A DNA stretch of 57,947 nucleotides from Desulfovibrio sp. (GCA_031276785.1 JAISMK010000060.1:1-57947), one strand, 5' to 3'; counted from the first letter of the stretch, positions 1 to 9,583 are shown. Numbers and translations: made by a program. Notes: generated by a model not told the origin, from the sequence alone.

Positions 1-123
1 CTGAGTTTTTTCGTTTGGCAAGGCGCGAGTTCTTTTTGCAGAGGGGCTGGACTCTTCCGTCCTGCCCCTCTGCAAAAAGAACGAGCAACGCAGTCCAAAC
101 GGAATAAATCAGCGTTTCCTTAA
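1..123. repeat. MITE-like imperfect palindrome, family B (left end cut by window)
   Basis: Near-identical to 14821-14950 and 2345-2450; central hairpin tttttgcagagggg...cccctctgcaaaaa; ends tcagcgtttccttaa. Confidence 0.8.
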
Positions 124-134
124 AGCGAAATTGG

Positions 135-1133
135 TCAGATCGATTTCAATGAAATTACTCCGGGTTCCAAGTACAGGCGGCGCATCCGCTCTTTGTCCAC
201 CCCGAGCGTGTTTTTCAGGTAGGCGTCCAGGGAGCCGTGAGCCCGGTCCACGGCTTCCAGGGCGGCGCGCAGGTAGGAGGGGCGCACGGAGAAGATGCCT
301 CCAGGGTTGGCGTATTTTCCGGCCAGATAGCGGTTGGAGGCCAGGTAGTCGTCCAGGATGATCTCCGGGGCCACGCCCAGGCTGTGCAGAAAGAGGGCGG
401 CGGCAAAGCCGGTGCGGTCCTTGCCGGCGGCGCAGTGAAATAGCAGGGGCGAAGATTCGTCCTCCCACTGGAGGATATGGAACAATTCCCTGTAGACGGC
501 GGCGGGGGTTTCCCCCAGAGCCAGGTGGCGGTAAATGTCCAGCATGAAGGCTTCGGCCTCCTCCGGGGAGAAAGCCAGGGCTTCGGCATCCTGGCGCGCC
601 GGAGGGATGGGCCGGAGCAGGCTCCGGGCAACGGAGGGCGGCAGCCTGTCCGGGGAGCGGGCGGCTTCTTCCGGCCCGCGAAAATCCAGCACCGTGCGCA
701 AGGGCAGGCCGGACAGATAGTCAAGATCCTCAGGGGTGAGGTTTTTCAGGTCGTCGGCGCGCAGAACCCTGCCCCAGATAACCCTCCGGCCGTCCGCCCC
801 GGCGTAGCCCCCCAGATCCCTGATGTTGAAGCCTCCGGCCATAGGCAGGCGCCGCTCGGCCAGGAACAGGAGGCCGCCCCCCAGGCGGAGGGCGAAAATA
901 AGATATTCCCTGCCCGCGCCCGGCAAGGGGAACCGCCCCGGTCCAGTCCCTTCCGCCAAGGGGGAAAGACCGGCGGCGGTTCCCCCGGCGTGGAGAATCC
1001 ACCGGCCGGGAACCGCGTCCAGAGGGCAGAAGCCTTCGGCCCCGGCCGCCTCCACGGGATTGTCCGTGACCAGAATATCCAGGGCCGCGGCCTTGGTTGC
1101 CGCGTTGCGCTCTATGCGGGCATATGCCTTCAC
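135..1133 (-). CDS. Tyrosine-protein phosphatase (Y_phosphatase3/IphP-like) with N-terminal extension
   Basis: FNIRDLGGY and HCAAGKDRTG P-loop; GTG start at 1133 preceded by AAGGAGG. Confidence 0.85.
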   Translation of the reverse strand: MKAYARIERNAATKAAALDILVTDNPVEAAGAEGFCPLDAVPGRWILHAGGTAAGLSPLAEGTGPGRFPLPGAGREYLIFALRLGGGLLFLAERRLPMAGGFNIRDLGGYAGADGRRVIWGRVLRADDLKNLTPEDLDYLSGLPLRTVLDFRGPEEAARSPDRLPPSVARSLLRPIPPARQDAEALAFSPEEAEAFMLDIYRHLALGETPAAVYRELFHILQWEDESSPLLFHCAAGKDRTGFAAALFLHSLGVAPEIILDDYLASNRYLAGKYANPGGIFSVRPSYLRAALEAVDRAHGSLDAYLKNTLGVDKERMRRLYLEPGVISLKSI

Positions 1134-1206
1134 CGTTGTCCTCCTTCGACTTTTTTCCGCCTTCGCGGCGCTTGACCCGGCCGGCGGGCGCGGGTATGCA
1201 CGGGCC

Positions 1207-1548
1207 ATGAAGCGCCGCCATTTTTTTCTCCACCCGCCGGTTCCCCTCCTGCTCCCTTTCCTCGTCTTTTTTATTTGCGCGCCGCCGGCCTTGGCCCAGG
1301 TCCCCGCCGACCGCTTCGCCGTTCTGGACGCCGATGGCGACGGCAGGATCTCCCGGGCGGAATTCGCCGCCGGCCTGCCCCACTTGCGGGCGGACTCCTT
1401 TGCCGCCCTGGACGCCGATGGGGACGGCGGCATAAGCCGCGAGGAGTGGCGTCAGGTCCGCCTCCGGCATATGTCCCCCGGCCCGGCTGAACAGGGCGGC
1501 GCGGGAAGAGGCCCAGGACAGGGGCCGGAGCTGATTTTGCCGCGCTGA
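1207..1548 (+). CDS. Exported EF-hand Ca-binding protein
   Basis: Signal peptide ending ALA-Q; two loops DADGDGRISRAE and DADGDGGISREE. Confidence 0.8.
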   Translation: MKRRHFFLHPPVPLLLPFLVFFICAPPALAQVPADRFAVLDADGDGRISRAEFAAGLPHLRADSFAALDADGDGGISREEWRQVRLRHMSPGPAEQGGAGRGPGQGPELILPR

Positions 1549-1598
1549 GGCCTGAGCGCAATCTCTTGGCGCTGTCAAGCGCCGAAGCGGGCGCGGCT

Positions 1599-1726
1599 TA
1601 GAGCAGTTCAACTTTGAAAAAGTTGGACAGCTCTGCAAGGATTCGCCTGCGAATCCTTGCCGCGAAATGCTTGCAGGCGGGCTTTGCCCGCAGTTAAGCA
1701 AGCATTTCAAAGCAAAAAATGTTCTA
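1599..1726. repeat. MITE-like repeat, family A (TA-GAGC...GCTC-TA ends), full length
   Basis: tagagcagttcaactttgaaaaagttggacagctct hairpin followed by gcaaggattcgc...gcgaatccttgc and gcgggc...gcccgc hairpins; same modules at 29531, 39450, 54702. Confidence 0.8.
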
Positions 1727-1816
1727 AATAAAGCCTCAGGCGTAATATCAAAGTGGAAACGCTCTAAAAAAGCTTTCTGCCTGGCCTGAAAGCGAAACTG
1801 CTTAAGGAGGAGCGAC

Positions 1817-1987
1817 ATGGAAGACAAAGTGCTGGATGTTCTGCGCAAGGCGGGGAAACCCCTGCGCCCGGGGGATATTGCCGGGCAGTTGGGGGCGGAC
1901 CCCAAGGAAGTGGGCAAGGCTATAGATAAACTGAAAAAGTCCGGACAGATCCATTCCCCCAAACGGTGCTTCTACGCCCCGGTTTAG
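1817..1987 (+). CDS. Small (56 aa) winged-HTH protein, absent from the ORF track
   Basis: RBS aaggaggag; MEDKVLDVLRKAGKPLRPGDIAGQLGADPKEVGKAIDKLKKSGQIHSPKRCFYAPV*. Confidence 0.8.
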   Translation: MEDKVLDVLRKAGKPLRPGDIAGQLGADPKEVGKAIDKLKKSGQIHSPKRCFYAPV

Positions 1988-2344
1988 AGCAATGCAACTT
2001 TTAATACCAATTCGCTTTCTATCTCAAGCAAATTGGTAGCAAATCGTAGGCGCCAGGTGGTTGCGGGCGGGCTTTGCCCGTCGCAGCCGCCTCAAAGTAA
2101 AACCGCTCCAGAACAATTTCATTTTGGAAATGCTCTGGGGGCGGGCGGCGGGTTTTTTTGCTCCTTTGCCCCTGACTTTTCCCCCTCTCTGGTTTTGGCC
2201 GTTCCGCAGGCGCCCACGCAACGCCCGCCGCCGCAATAGCGGCAGCGCTTCCTCTGGGGAGGGAAGAGGACATCGGAGAGAGCGGAAAGAAGTCCGGTCC
2301 AGAAGGCAGCCATGCCCTCTTCATACCCTGTGATCCGCCAGCGG

Positions 2345-2450
2345 GCAAGGCGCGGGTTATTTTTGCGGAGGGGCTGGACTCTTCCGTCCCGCTCCTCCGC
2401 AAAAATAACGAGCAACGCGGTCCAAACGGAATAAATCAGCGTTTCCTTAA
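2345..2450. repeat. MITE-like repeat, family B (partial)
   Basis: ggcaaggcgcg...ggaataaatcagcgtttccttaa matches 1-123. Confidence 0.75.
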
Positions 2451-2463
2451 ATATTACAGCGTA

Positions 2464-3393
2464 CTATAACCCTATGAGCCTTTTGCGCCGCTCCGCCGGC
2501 AGTTTTTCCGCTTCGCGCACAGTCCATTCCTCCACGAACTGATCCTCGTTTTCCCGGGAATAGCCGGGCAGAGAGGCGCGGATCGCCTGTTTATCCTCTT
2601 CGCTCAGGGCCTGCCAGCGGGACAGGCCGGCCTCGCGGAAGGATTTGTCTTCATCCCAGAGCACATGCAGACGCTCATGGGCCAGATTTGCGTCCAGGCT
2701 GCGCTTTTTGCCCCTGGCCGCGCCCAGAACATGGCGGATTTCCCCGCCGGGGACAACCTTGCCCCACCGGCCTGCCAGAACGCCGTCCAGAAGCAGCCAG
2801 TCCAGCAGGCGGCGCTCCTCCATGGTAAAAGGGACGGTTTTGCCCGTCAGCAGATTTTCGGCCCAAGGGCAGAGTTGGAGTACGCCGTAATGAAAGCCCT
2901 GCGCCCCGCGTTCAAAACGCTCCAGGGTCATCTGCGCGCCCACATCGCCCGTGGCCAGGGCCAGTCCGTAAATGGAGCGGGCCAGCTCGGCGGCGGAGGC
3001 GAAATACAGCTCATAGCCGTATTGCCGCCAGGCCCAGGGAGAAAGAGCGGCCGCGGCGCGCGTCTCGGCGGAGTCGCCCAGGCAGCGCCCCGGCGCGGGG
3101 CAGGGCTTTTCCGGAGCGGCCGCCGCGGAATCGCGGGATTGGGCGGCCCGTGGGGAGGAAGGGGCATAGCGGTTCCAGAGATCGCGCAGCAACCGGTCTT
3201 GCCGCCGGACAGCAGGGGCGGGATTGTCCGGCTGCGACGGGAGCGCCCGTCCGGATTCGCCCGGAGAGGGGAGGTGGCCGATCCGGGAGAGAAGGGGCGT
3301 TTGCGGGGCAGGGGCAAGTTCGCCGGCCAGGCCGTTGGGAGCGCCGCAAAAAAATCCGAAACAGAGGAGCAGAAGGCCGGGAATAATTCGCAT
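2464..3393 (-). CDS. Exported hypothetical protein with HExxH motif (possible zincin)
   Basis: Signal peptide; LAHERLHVLW and downstream QFVEEW. Confidence 0.6.
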   Translation of the reverse strand: MRIIPGLLLLCFGFFCGAPNGLAGELAPAPQTPLLSRIGHLPSPGESGRALPSQPDNPAPAVRRQDRLLRDLWNRYAPSSPRAAQSRDSAAAAPEKPCPAPGRCLGDSAETRAAAALSPWAWRQYGYELYFASAAELARSIYGLALATGDVGAQMTLERFERGAQGFHYGVLQLCPWAENLLTGKTVPFTMEERRLLDWLLLDGVLAGRWGKVVPGGEIRHVLGAARGKKRSLDANLAHERLHVLWDEDKSFREAGLSRWQALSEEDKQAIRASLPGYSRENEDQFVEEWTVREAEKLPAERRKRLIGL

Positions 3394-3527
3394 GGCAGGA
3401 TGGGGAGGGGTTAGAGGACAGGAGCCTTAGCCCGGAAAAAGGTAGACGGAGCGGCTCCGGACCCTGGCGGAGCGCGCCGTCGCCCCCGGAGCATTTTCAG
3501 AATGAAAATGCTCCGGAAGAGGCATGG

Positions 3528-4385
3528 TTACTGGGTCAGGGTGCTGGTGTCGTCCAGGAGGCTTTGGGCGTTGGATGCCAGGTTTTTGGCCAGGGAAAGC
3601 AGGCTGGTGACAGGCCCCAGGAGGGAGGACACGCCGTCTTCCACCGATCCGCCCGAGGCGACTGTGGAAGAGGCGCAGCCCGCAAGGCCGGCCGGAGACA
3701 TCTGAGACTGAATCTGATTCACCAGGGAAGCGATACGAGTGACCAGATCTCCGGTATCAGCCAGCAACTTTTCCGCGCGGGGCACGACAGAGGATTTGAT
3801 GGCCGCCTTGTCCTTGTCGGAGAGTTCGTCATTGGCCTGGGCTTCCTTGGCGTAAGTGTTGCGGGCCTCGTTCATTTTGGCCTGCTGCTCCGCCAGGGCG
3901 TCGGCTTTGCCGCTGTCCGCTCCGGCCACGATAAGCTCGGCGCTGGCCACCCGTGTGGCGCCCGCTTCCCGGGCCAGATTGGCGCGGGTGACGCAGTTGC
4001 CTTTGGCCCAGACATCCGCGTAGGTATTGCAGGTGTCCCGGTATTGGCCGGCGGCGGTCAGAATCTGCTTGCCCGTGCCTCCGGAAACGGCGCCGGAGGC
4101 GTCAATTTCCCGCTTGGCTTTATCCACCAGGGGAACATAGGCTTTATCCTGGGATTCCAGTTGCTTGCGGATGCGGCGCTCCGCCGCCCAGTCCACCGGC
4201 GGACCCTGCTTGGGGGGCTTGATGGTTTCCAGAGAGGCCATTTCCATATCCGCGGAGGACGCTCCGGCGTCGGCGGCGGACTTGTTGGCCTGCCCGGACA
4301 GCTCCGACGCGGCGATGGCAATGGCGGCCAGCAGGAGCAGAGCCAGAATAACCCAGAGAGGACGGACGCGTTTGAAGATGAACAC
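3528..4385 (-). CDS. Exported/membrane-anchored alpha-helical hypothetical protein
   Basis: N-terminal hydrophobic segment, Ala/Lys-rich helical body, RBS aaggag before GTG; directly downstream of the CHAT gene. Confidence 0.75.
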   Translation of the reverse strand: MFIFKRVRPLWVILALLLLAAIAIAASELSGQANKSAADAGASSADMEMASLETIKPPKQGPPVDWAAERRIRKQLESQDKAYVPLVDKAKREIDASGAVSGGTGKQILTAAGQYRDTCNTYADVWAKGNCVTRANLAREAGATRVASAELIVAGADSGKADALAEQQAKMNEARNTYAKEAQANDELSDKDKAAIKSSVVPRAEKLLADTGDLVTRIASLVNQIQSQMSPAGLAGCASSTVASGGSVEDGVSSLLGPVTSLLSLAKNLASNAQSLLDDTSTLTQ

Positions 4386-4433
4386 TGTGACAACTCCTTG
4401 GTTTGAGGTTGGGGCAACCGGGGGCGGCAGCCC

Positions 4434-7400
4434 TCATTGGCCGAAAATGTTTCCGCAGGCCCAGAAAAAGGGGTGCTGAGGGTAATCCGAAGTATTACCC
4501 GCCGGACGCGGCGGGGGTTGCCGCAGATAGAGCAGTTGCGCTTCCCGCAAGGCCTCTGCCGGGGAAAATTCCTTCAGGTTGCGCATGAAATGTTCCATAA
4601 TAAAGGCTGTCGCAGTATCGTCGGCAAACCACAATGTACCGAATACATTGCGAAAGTTTCTTTTCATAAAGGTATCCACAAGGCACACCTGATCCACACC
4701 GGGACTCCAACCGGCAGCGACAAGTTCCCTTGCCGCTGCCTCGCTCTCAAGAGATTCCTGTATCTCCTTCTTTTTTAAGACCTTGGGAGAATAGCTGACA
4801 GCCGTATTGCAGGCAGAAAGTACCGCAAGATCTGCTTTTGCAAAAACAGAATCAGACAATTCAAGAACATTTTGTAATGTCAATACGCCATTTCCTCTCT
4901 CATCAGGATAGGCAAAATAAAGAAAACCATTAAGATGCGAATTATTAGTAAAATTTTCTTCGTAAAATTTGGCAAATGCTTCTCTTCCTCTTACTGGTTT
5001 TCCTTCTTTTTTCAATTCTTCTATCTCAATTTTAAGTTCTATGTATGATGCTAAAATTTCAGCATATGGTACTCCATGTGTTGCAAAATAAAATATTGAA
5101 TATGAATTTTTATTTATATCATCATAAAAAGCACTTTTTGTTGCATTTTTATTAATTAAAATATTTGATTTAACATCAGAATTTTCAGATTTTATCGCTT
5201 CTACAGCCAATGTAGCTTCCTTTTCAGCTGCAGGAAGATTGCCAAGGGCAATTTTTAATTCAGAATGAATTGGATTTCCAACAGCTATTATGCTTTTATC
5301 TACATTTAATTTTTGTTTTGCGGAAAATTGCTGCAAGAAGGAAAGTCTCGTCAGAGAAATGATCTTTTCTTCCACAAGATATGTGGGAGTACCATCATCT
5401 TTTGTGCCGATGACCAGAGCGGCGAAAGGGACATAGGAGAGATATTTGCTGGTGATGAAAAAGAGGCGTTTCTTGTCGCGCAGTTTTTCCAAAACAGGGT
5501 CGTAGACATAGGTGGACAGCTCCCGGCAAAGGTCGATACCCTGTTGGAATCCCTCCGCCTCCCCAATACTCCCACGGCCAAAGTTCTCAATGTTTTCGGC
5601 CAGCAGCCTGTCCCGAATCAGCGAGGCCAACTCCTCATACGTCACCGCCACGCTGGTCATACCCACCTCTTCCTTGGTGATGGTCAGGATGATCAGGGCG
5701 TCCTCCAGGGGGAGATACTGGACAATCGCCTGATCCGGACCGAGCAGGGACTGCAGTTGGGCCGTGTCCACCGAGGCCATGGAGTCGAAGAGCACCGCGT
5801 CCTGCGGGTAGTTCTTTTTCCACAGGTCCAGTTTGGCTTCAAATTCCCTGGCCACCAGGGTGGCGTGTTGGGCGGCCACGGGTTTCGCGCCGGGATCGGC
5901 TCCGTCCGCGCCGGCCTTGGCCGCCGCCGTCTCGGCCTTCTTTTTGCTCGCGCTGAGCTGCACAATTTCAGCGTACAGGGCCTTCTTGTCCGGATCGGCA
6001 TACTCCAGGCTCGCCATCTTCATGTTGGCCCGCAGCACCTCGTTGCGGTAAATCTCGTCATACTCCATCTGCTTTTTCAGCAGGGCCGGGTCTTTTTTCT
6101 GTCTGTAGAGTCTGGCGCAAACGTCCATGGCCTGGGCGAAGAGGTCGTCCTTGTCCCGCAGAAACTCCTGGAGCAGGTCCGGATTCTCCTCCGCCCCCTT
6201 CATGGACAGGACCACGGCAATGGCCTGGGCGTACAGCTCCTCGGCCCGGACCAGATCCCCGTTTTCCCTGGCGGAAAAGGCCAGGCCGTGCAGCGCCCCC
6301 CAGTGCATTTCCTTGCGTCCCGTCTCCCGGGCCAGGGGCAGGGCCTTGGCGAAATATTCCCCGCTTCTGGCCAGGGCCTCCTGGGGGGACATCTCCACCA
6401 GCACCGGCTCAGAGTCCTCGAAGACCAGATCCCGGGTCTTGCGCTTGGGAGTCGCCACCTTCTGGTAGAGCAGCCCCAACTGAACGTAGGATTCCGCCAG
6501 AAAGCCGGGGTTGCCCAGTTCCTCATAAATTTTCGAGGCTTGGGTCAGTTTTTCCAGGGCGGCGGGATAATCCTTGCTGGTTGCCATTTCCAGGCGGGCC
6601 AGCCCCATGAGGGCGGAGGCCTCCCCTTCCCGGAAGCGCACCTCGCGGTAGAGAGCCAGGGCTTCGCCGTAGGCCTGCAGGGCCTCCTCGTGCCTGCCGC
6701 TCATCCGCAGCAACAGGGCCCTGTTGCTGAGGGCGATGGCCTCGTCCCGCCGGTTTTGCACTTCGCGGGCGATGTCCAGGGCCGCGTCCACATGGGCCAT
6801 GGCCTCATTGAGCCTGCCCGCGTTCTTATAGACCAGGCCCATATTGTTGTTGTCCACGCCCTCGTTGCGGCGCAGCCGGGATTCCTTTTCCCAGGCAAGG
6901 GCCTTGTGCAGGGCCGTGGCGGCCTTGTCGTACTCTCCCATTTCCCAGTACAGGATGCCCATGTTGCTGATGGATTCCGCCAGGGGCAACGGCGCCCGCA
7001 GGGCTTCGGCCTCGGCCCTGGCCTTTTCCAGAGTGGCCAGGGCTTTGGGGTACTGCCCCAGGTTGCCCTGGGCCAGCCCCAGCCCGGTGAGCAGGGCCAG
7101 GCGCTGTTCGGCCTGAAGTCCCTTGCCCGCCAGGGCCTTTTCATAGGCCGCGCAGGCGGGGAAATAGAGCTCGGCCGCCCGGTAGGCGTCCCCCTGCATG
7201 GCGAGAAAATTGACGGCGTCCTCCGGGCTGAGGGCGGGTTTGGCGGCGAGCATCCGGGCAATGGCCCCGGCCTTGACCATGGGCTTGTCCAGCCGCTCGG
7301 CGCAGACAACTATGTTGCGGGTCATCTTGATCAGGGCCTCGGGAGCGGCCTTGCCCGGCAGGGCCAGGGCCTGGCCGTAGACGTCCAGGGCATCCTGCCA

Positions 7401-7646
7401 GCGTTCCTGCTTCATGCGGATAACGCCCACGTTGCCGTAGACGGCCCGGGCCTTCTCCATCTGTTTCATGGCCGCAAGCCCTTCCGCCGCCTGGAGGAAG
7501 GCCTGGGCGGCATCATCCAGTCTATTGTCCGCGTAGGCGGCCTGCCCCCGCTTGAAGGCGGCTTCCACATCAATGCCGGCGGCGGAAACCGGAAGAGGGG
7601 GAAAGATAAGACAGCACAGCAGGAACAGAAGGAGACGCTTCATCAT
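4434..7646 (-). CDS. Exported TPR-repeat CHAT-domain (clan CD) protease
   Basis: Signal peptide (VSA-A); TPR repeats (SISNMGILYWEMGEYDKA, NNNMGLVYKNAG); CHAT motifs LSYVPFAAL, FATHG, AVLSACNT, GTLWFADD, ALREAQL, HPFFWA. Confidence 0.92.
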   Translation of the reverse strand: MMKRLLLFLLCCLIFPPLPVSAAGIDVEAAFKRGQAAYADNRLDDAAQAFLQAAEGLAAMKQMEKARAVYGNVGVIRMKQERWQDALDVYGQALALPGKAAPEALIKMTRNIVVCAERLDKPMVKAGAIARMLAAKPALSPEDAVNFLAMQGDAYRAAELYFPACAAYEKALAGKGLQAEQRLALLTGLGLAQGNLGQYPKALATLEKARAEAEALRAPLPLAESISNMGILYWEMGEYDKAATALHKALAWEKESRLRRNEGVDNNNMGLVYKNAGRLNEAMAHVDAALDIAREVQNRRDEAIALSNRALLLRMSGRHEEALQAYGEALALYREVRFREGEASALMGLARLEMATSKDYPAALEKLTQASKIYEELGNPGFLAESYVQLGLLYQKVATPKRKTRDLVFEDSEPVLVEMSPQEALARSGEYFAKALPLARETGRKEMHWGALHGLAFSARENGDLVRAEELYAQAIAVVLSMKGAEENPDLLQEFLRDKDDLFAQAMDVCARLYRQKKDPALLKKQMEYDEIYRNEVLRANMKMASLEYADPDKKALYAEIVQLSASKKKAETAAAKAGADGADPGAKPVAAQHATLVAREFEAKLDLWKKNYPQDAVLFDSMASVDTAQLQSLLGPDQAIVQYLPLEDALIILTITKEEVGMTSVAVTYEELASLIRDRLLAENIENFGRGSIGEAEGFQQGIDLCRELSTYVYDPVLEKLRDKKRLFFITSKYLSYVPFAALVIGTKDDGTPTYLVEEKIISLTRLSFLQQFSAKQKLNVDKSIIAVGNPIHSELKIALGNLPAAEKEATLAVEAIKSENSDVKSNILINKNATKSAFYDDINKNSYSIFYFATHGVPYAEILASYIELKIEIEELKKEGKPVRGREAFAKFYEENFTNNSHLNGFLYFAYPDERGNGVLTLQNVLELSDSVFAKADLAVLSACNTAVSYSPKVLKKKEIQESLESEAAARELVAAGWSPGVDQVCLVDTFMKRNFRNVFGTLWFADDTATAFIMEHFMRNLKEFSPAEALREAQLLYLRQPPPRPAGNTSDYPQHPFFWACGNIFGQ

Positions 7647-7769
7647 GCCCTCCGGAAAAGGCGCGCCGGACATCCGCACGGCGCTTGCCAGGAGCGTGAA
7701 GGAAACGCGCTCCGGCGAAAGCGGAAAAAAAGGCGCGGACGGAACCGCCCGCGCCGGGCCAGTCCTGGG

Positions 7770-8462
7770 TTATTTGTGAGTCAGCTCGTAAGCGGCGACA
7801 AAGGGTTCTCCCTTGGGCGCGACCTGACTCTTGGTGACGACGTCTTCATCTTCTTCCTCTTCAAACACCAAATCGCGGGTCTTGCGCTTGCTGGTGTTCT
7901 TCTGCTCCACAGAAGCCACCTGGGTGGCCTGCCGGTCTACCGTGTTGGTCTTCTGGCCGGCGGCTTCGGCCACAGCCTGCTCCAGCTCGGGAACCTTGCC
8001 GTCGGAAAAAATCATGAGCAGGCTTTCCGTGCCGGGGGTGTCGTCAAAGCGGAAGGCGCCTTTCACCGGAACTGTGTGTTCCTCGTTTTTCTTGATGAAA
8101 TTGTCCATACCGGTCTGGGGGGTGGGGAAGAGCACGGCGTATTTGCCGGAACTCATCTTGGCCAGCCAGTAGACATAGCCGTCGGCGTTGGTGGTGTAGC
8201 GCAGCTTTACCTTGTCCCCGGACTGGAATTCATGGCTGGGGGTTACGGACATGGTCTCGCCGCTGCGGGTCAGATCCAGGGTGGTCTGCACGGCGATGAC
8301 CTGGGGATTTTCAATCTTGGCGTCCTTGGCCACTTCCTCGGCGGCGGTTTCTTCTTCTTCCTCAAAGACCAGATCCCGGGTTTTCCTGGCGGCAAAAGCC
8401 GGCGCGGCCAGGGCCAGCATCACGAGAATCAGCAGCGGACCTGTAAAGTGCAACCTGTTCAT
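7770..8462 (-). CDS. Exported DUF4384-domain protein
   Basis: Signal peptide AFA-A; FQSGDKVKLRYTTNADGYVY...VLFP...FDDTPGTESLLMIFS. Confidence 0.85.
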   Translation of the reverse strand: MNRLHFTGPLLILVMLALAAPAFAARKTRDLVFEEEEETAAEEVAKDAKIENPQVIAVQTTLDLTRSGETMSVTPSHEFQSGDKVKLRYTTNADGYVYWLAKMSSGKYAVLFPTPQTGMDNFIKKNEEHTVPVKGAFRFDDTPGTESLLMIFSDGKVPELEQAVAEAAGQKTNTVDRQATQVASVEQKNTSKRKTRDLVFEEEEDEDVVTKSQVAPKGEPFVAAYELTHK

Positions 8463-8512
8463 GATCTTCTCCTTTATACAGTGAATGATCCAGTGCCATG
8501 TTACAACTTACC

Positions 8513-8548
8513 AGAGCAGTTCAACTTTGAAAAAGTTGGACTGATCTA
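8513..8548. repeat. Family A short hairpin form
   Basis: agagcagttcaactttgaaaaagttggactgatcta; contains the stop codon of 8546-9052. Confidence 0.75.
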
Positions 8549-9052
8549 ACTTTTAGGCTTGGTTTGCTCTTTGAATTTCTTGAACAGCCCTTCCAATGTC
8601 GTTCCCTCAACCTCGTTTTTCTCCGGAATGGGTTTTTCCACGGTTTTTTCCTTGATGGTCACGCGGCCGGAGGAAAAATCCTCCCCGGCGGGCGAGGAAA
8701 GGACAAAGCTGTATGTGCCCACCGCCGGCAGGGGAATATCGCCCAGATACAGAACATTCCAGGCAGGATTGACGTCTCCGGACTCCCTGTGCAGCAGTTC
8801 CTGCCCCTGCGCGCTCTCCAGGTAGATGGAGAGGATCATCTTCATGTTGCCGAAGGGCCTGGCGCTTTTGAAGAGGGTGGAAATGACGTTGGTTTCAAAG
8901 ATCTCCGCCGGTTCAATCGGTTCCCAGTTTTCCGTAATTCCCTTGCAGAATATCGCCCGGCCTGGTTCCGCGGCGCTTGCCGGGGAAGGGCCGGCGGCCC
9001 AGGCGCACAGGAAAAGCGCCAGGATCAAACACGAAAAACCACACTGTTTCAT
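8546..9052 (-). CDS. Exported hypothetical beta-rich protein, first gene of the CHAT cluster
   Basis: RBS ggagg before ATG 9052; signal peptide ending ASA-A. Confidence 0.7.
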   Translation of the reverse strand: MKQCGFSCLILALFLCAWAAGPSPASAAEPGRAIFCKGITENWEPIEPAEIFETNVISTLFKSARPFGNMKMILSIYLESAQGQELLHRESGDVNPAWNVLYLGDIPLPAVGTYSFVLSSPAGEDFSSGRVTIKEKTVEKPIPEKNEVEGTTLEGLFKKFKEQTKPKS

Positions 9053-9531
9053 GACTGCCTCCGATCCGCTTAGGTTTCTAATGAGTCTTTCCGCTTCACT
9101 CCGCTTCTTATATGGCCTTTTACTGTATTTCCAAGGCACAGCTCAGTTTTTTCTGGGTTGAACCACTGGTTTGTATCCAAGTTTACAGACCGGTTTTCGA
9201 GTTGCGTCGCCTTCATAAGGCGAGCGCGCAGAAAGAATTTATGATTGGCCTGACATTACGGATTTGACATGCCTCCGCCGCCATTGACCTGTTTTTTCAC
9301 TTCGAGAAACATCTTTATATATTCCGCGCCGCAAGATAGTAATGGCCGGTAATGACGGTCAGGATCCGCGCGTTGCGCATGGGCGAACCCGCAGAGCCGC
9401 CGGACAACCGGACGGACGGACGTTGCGGCGGCGGAAATTATAATGCCGAAAAGACCCCGCTCCCTGAAGGGAAGAGGATCGGCAAAAAACGACAAAACCG
9501 CGCCGATCCTGGAGAAAGGCGCGTTAACATG

Positions 9532-9583
<52 letters not shown>

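Noticed and set aside
4770..5330. Low-GC patch as a DGR variable region
   Set aside because: No template repeat or reverse transcriptase in the window; the patch is long and A/T-enriched
4434..7646. CHAT protein as Craspase/Csx29 of a type III-E CRISPR system
   Set aside because: No gRAMP, csx30/31 or array in the window, and the protein has a signal peptide
5313..8549. 1078-aa plus-strand ORF (and similar long antisense ORFs at 22124-23647, 33393-35099, 15443-16807)
   Set aside because: Antisense shadows of well-supported genes in high-GC DNA; no recognisable motifs
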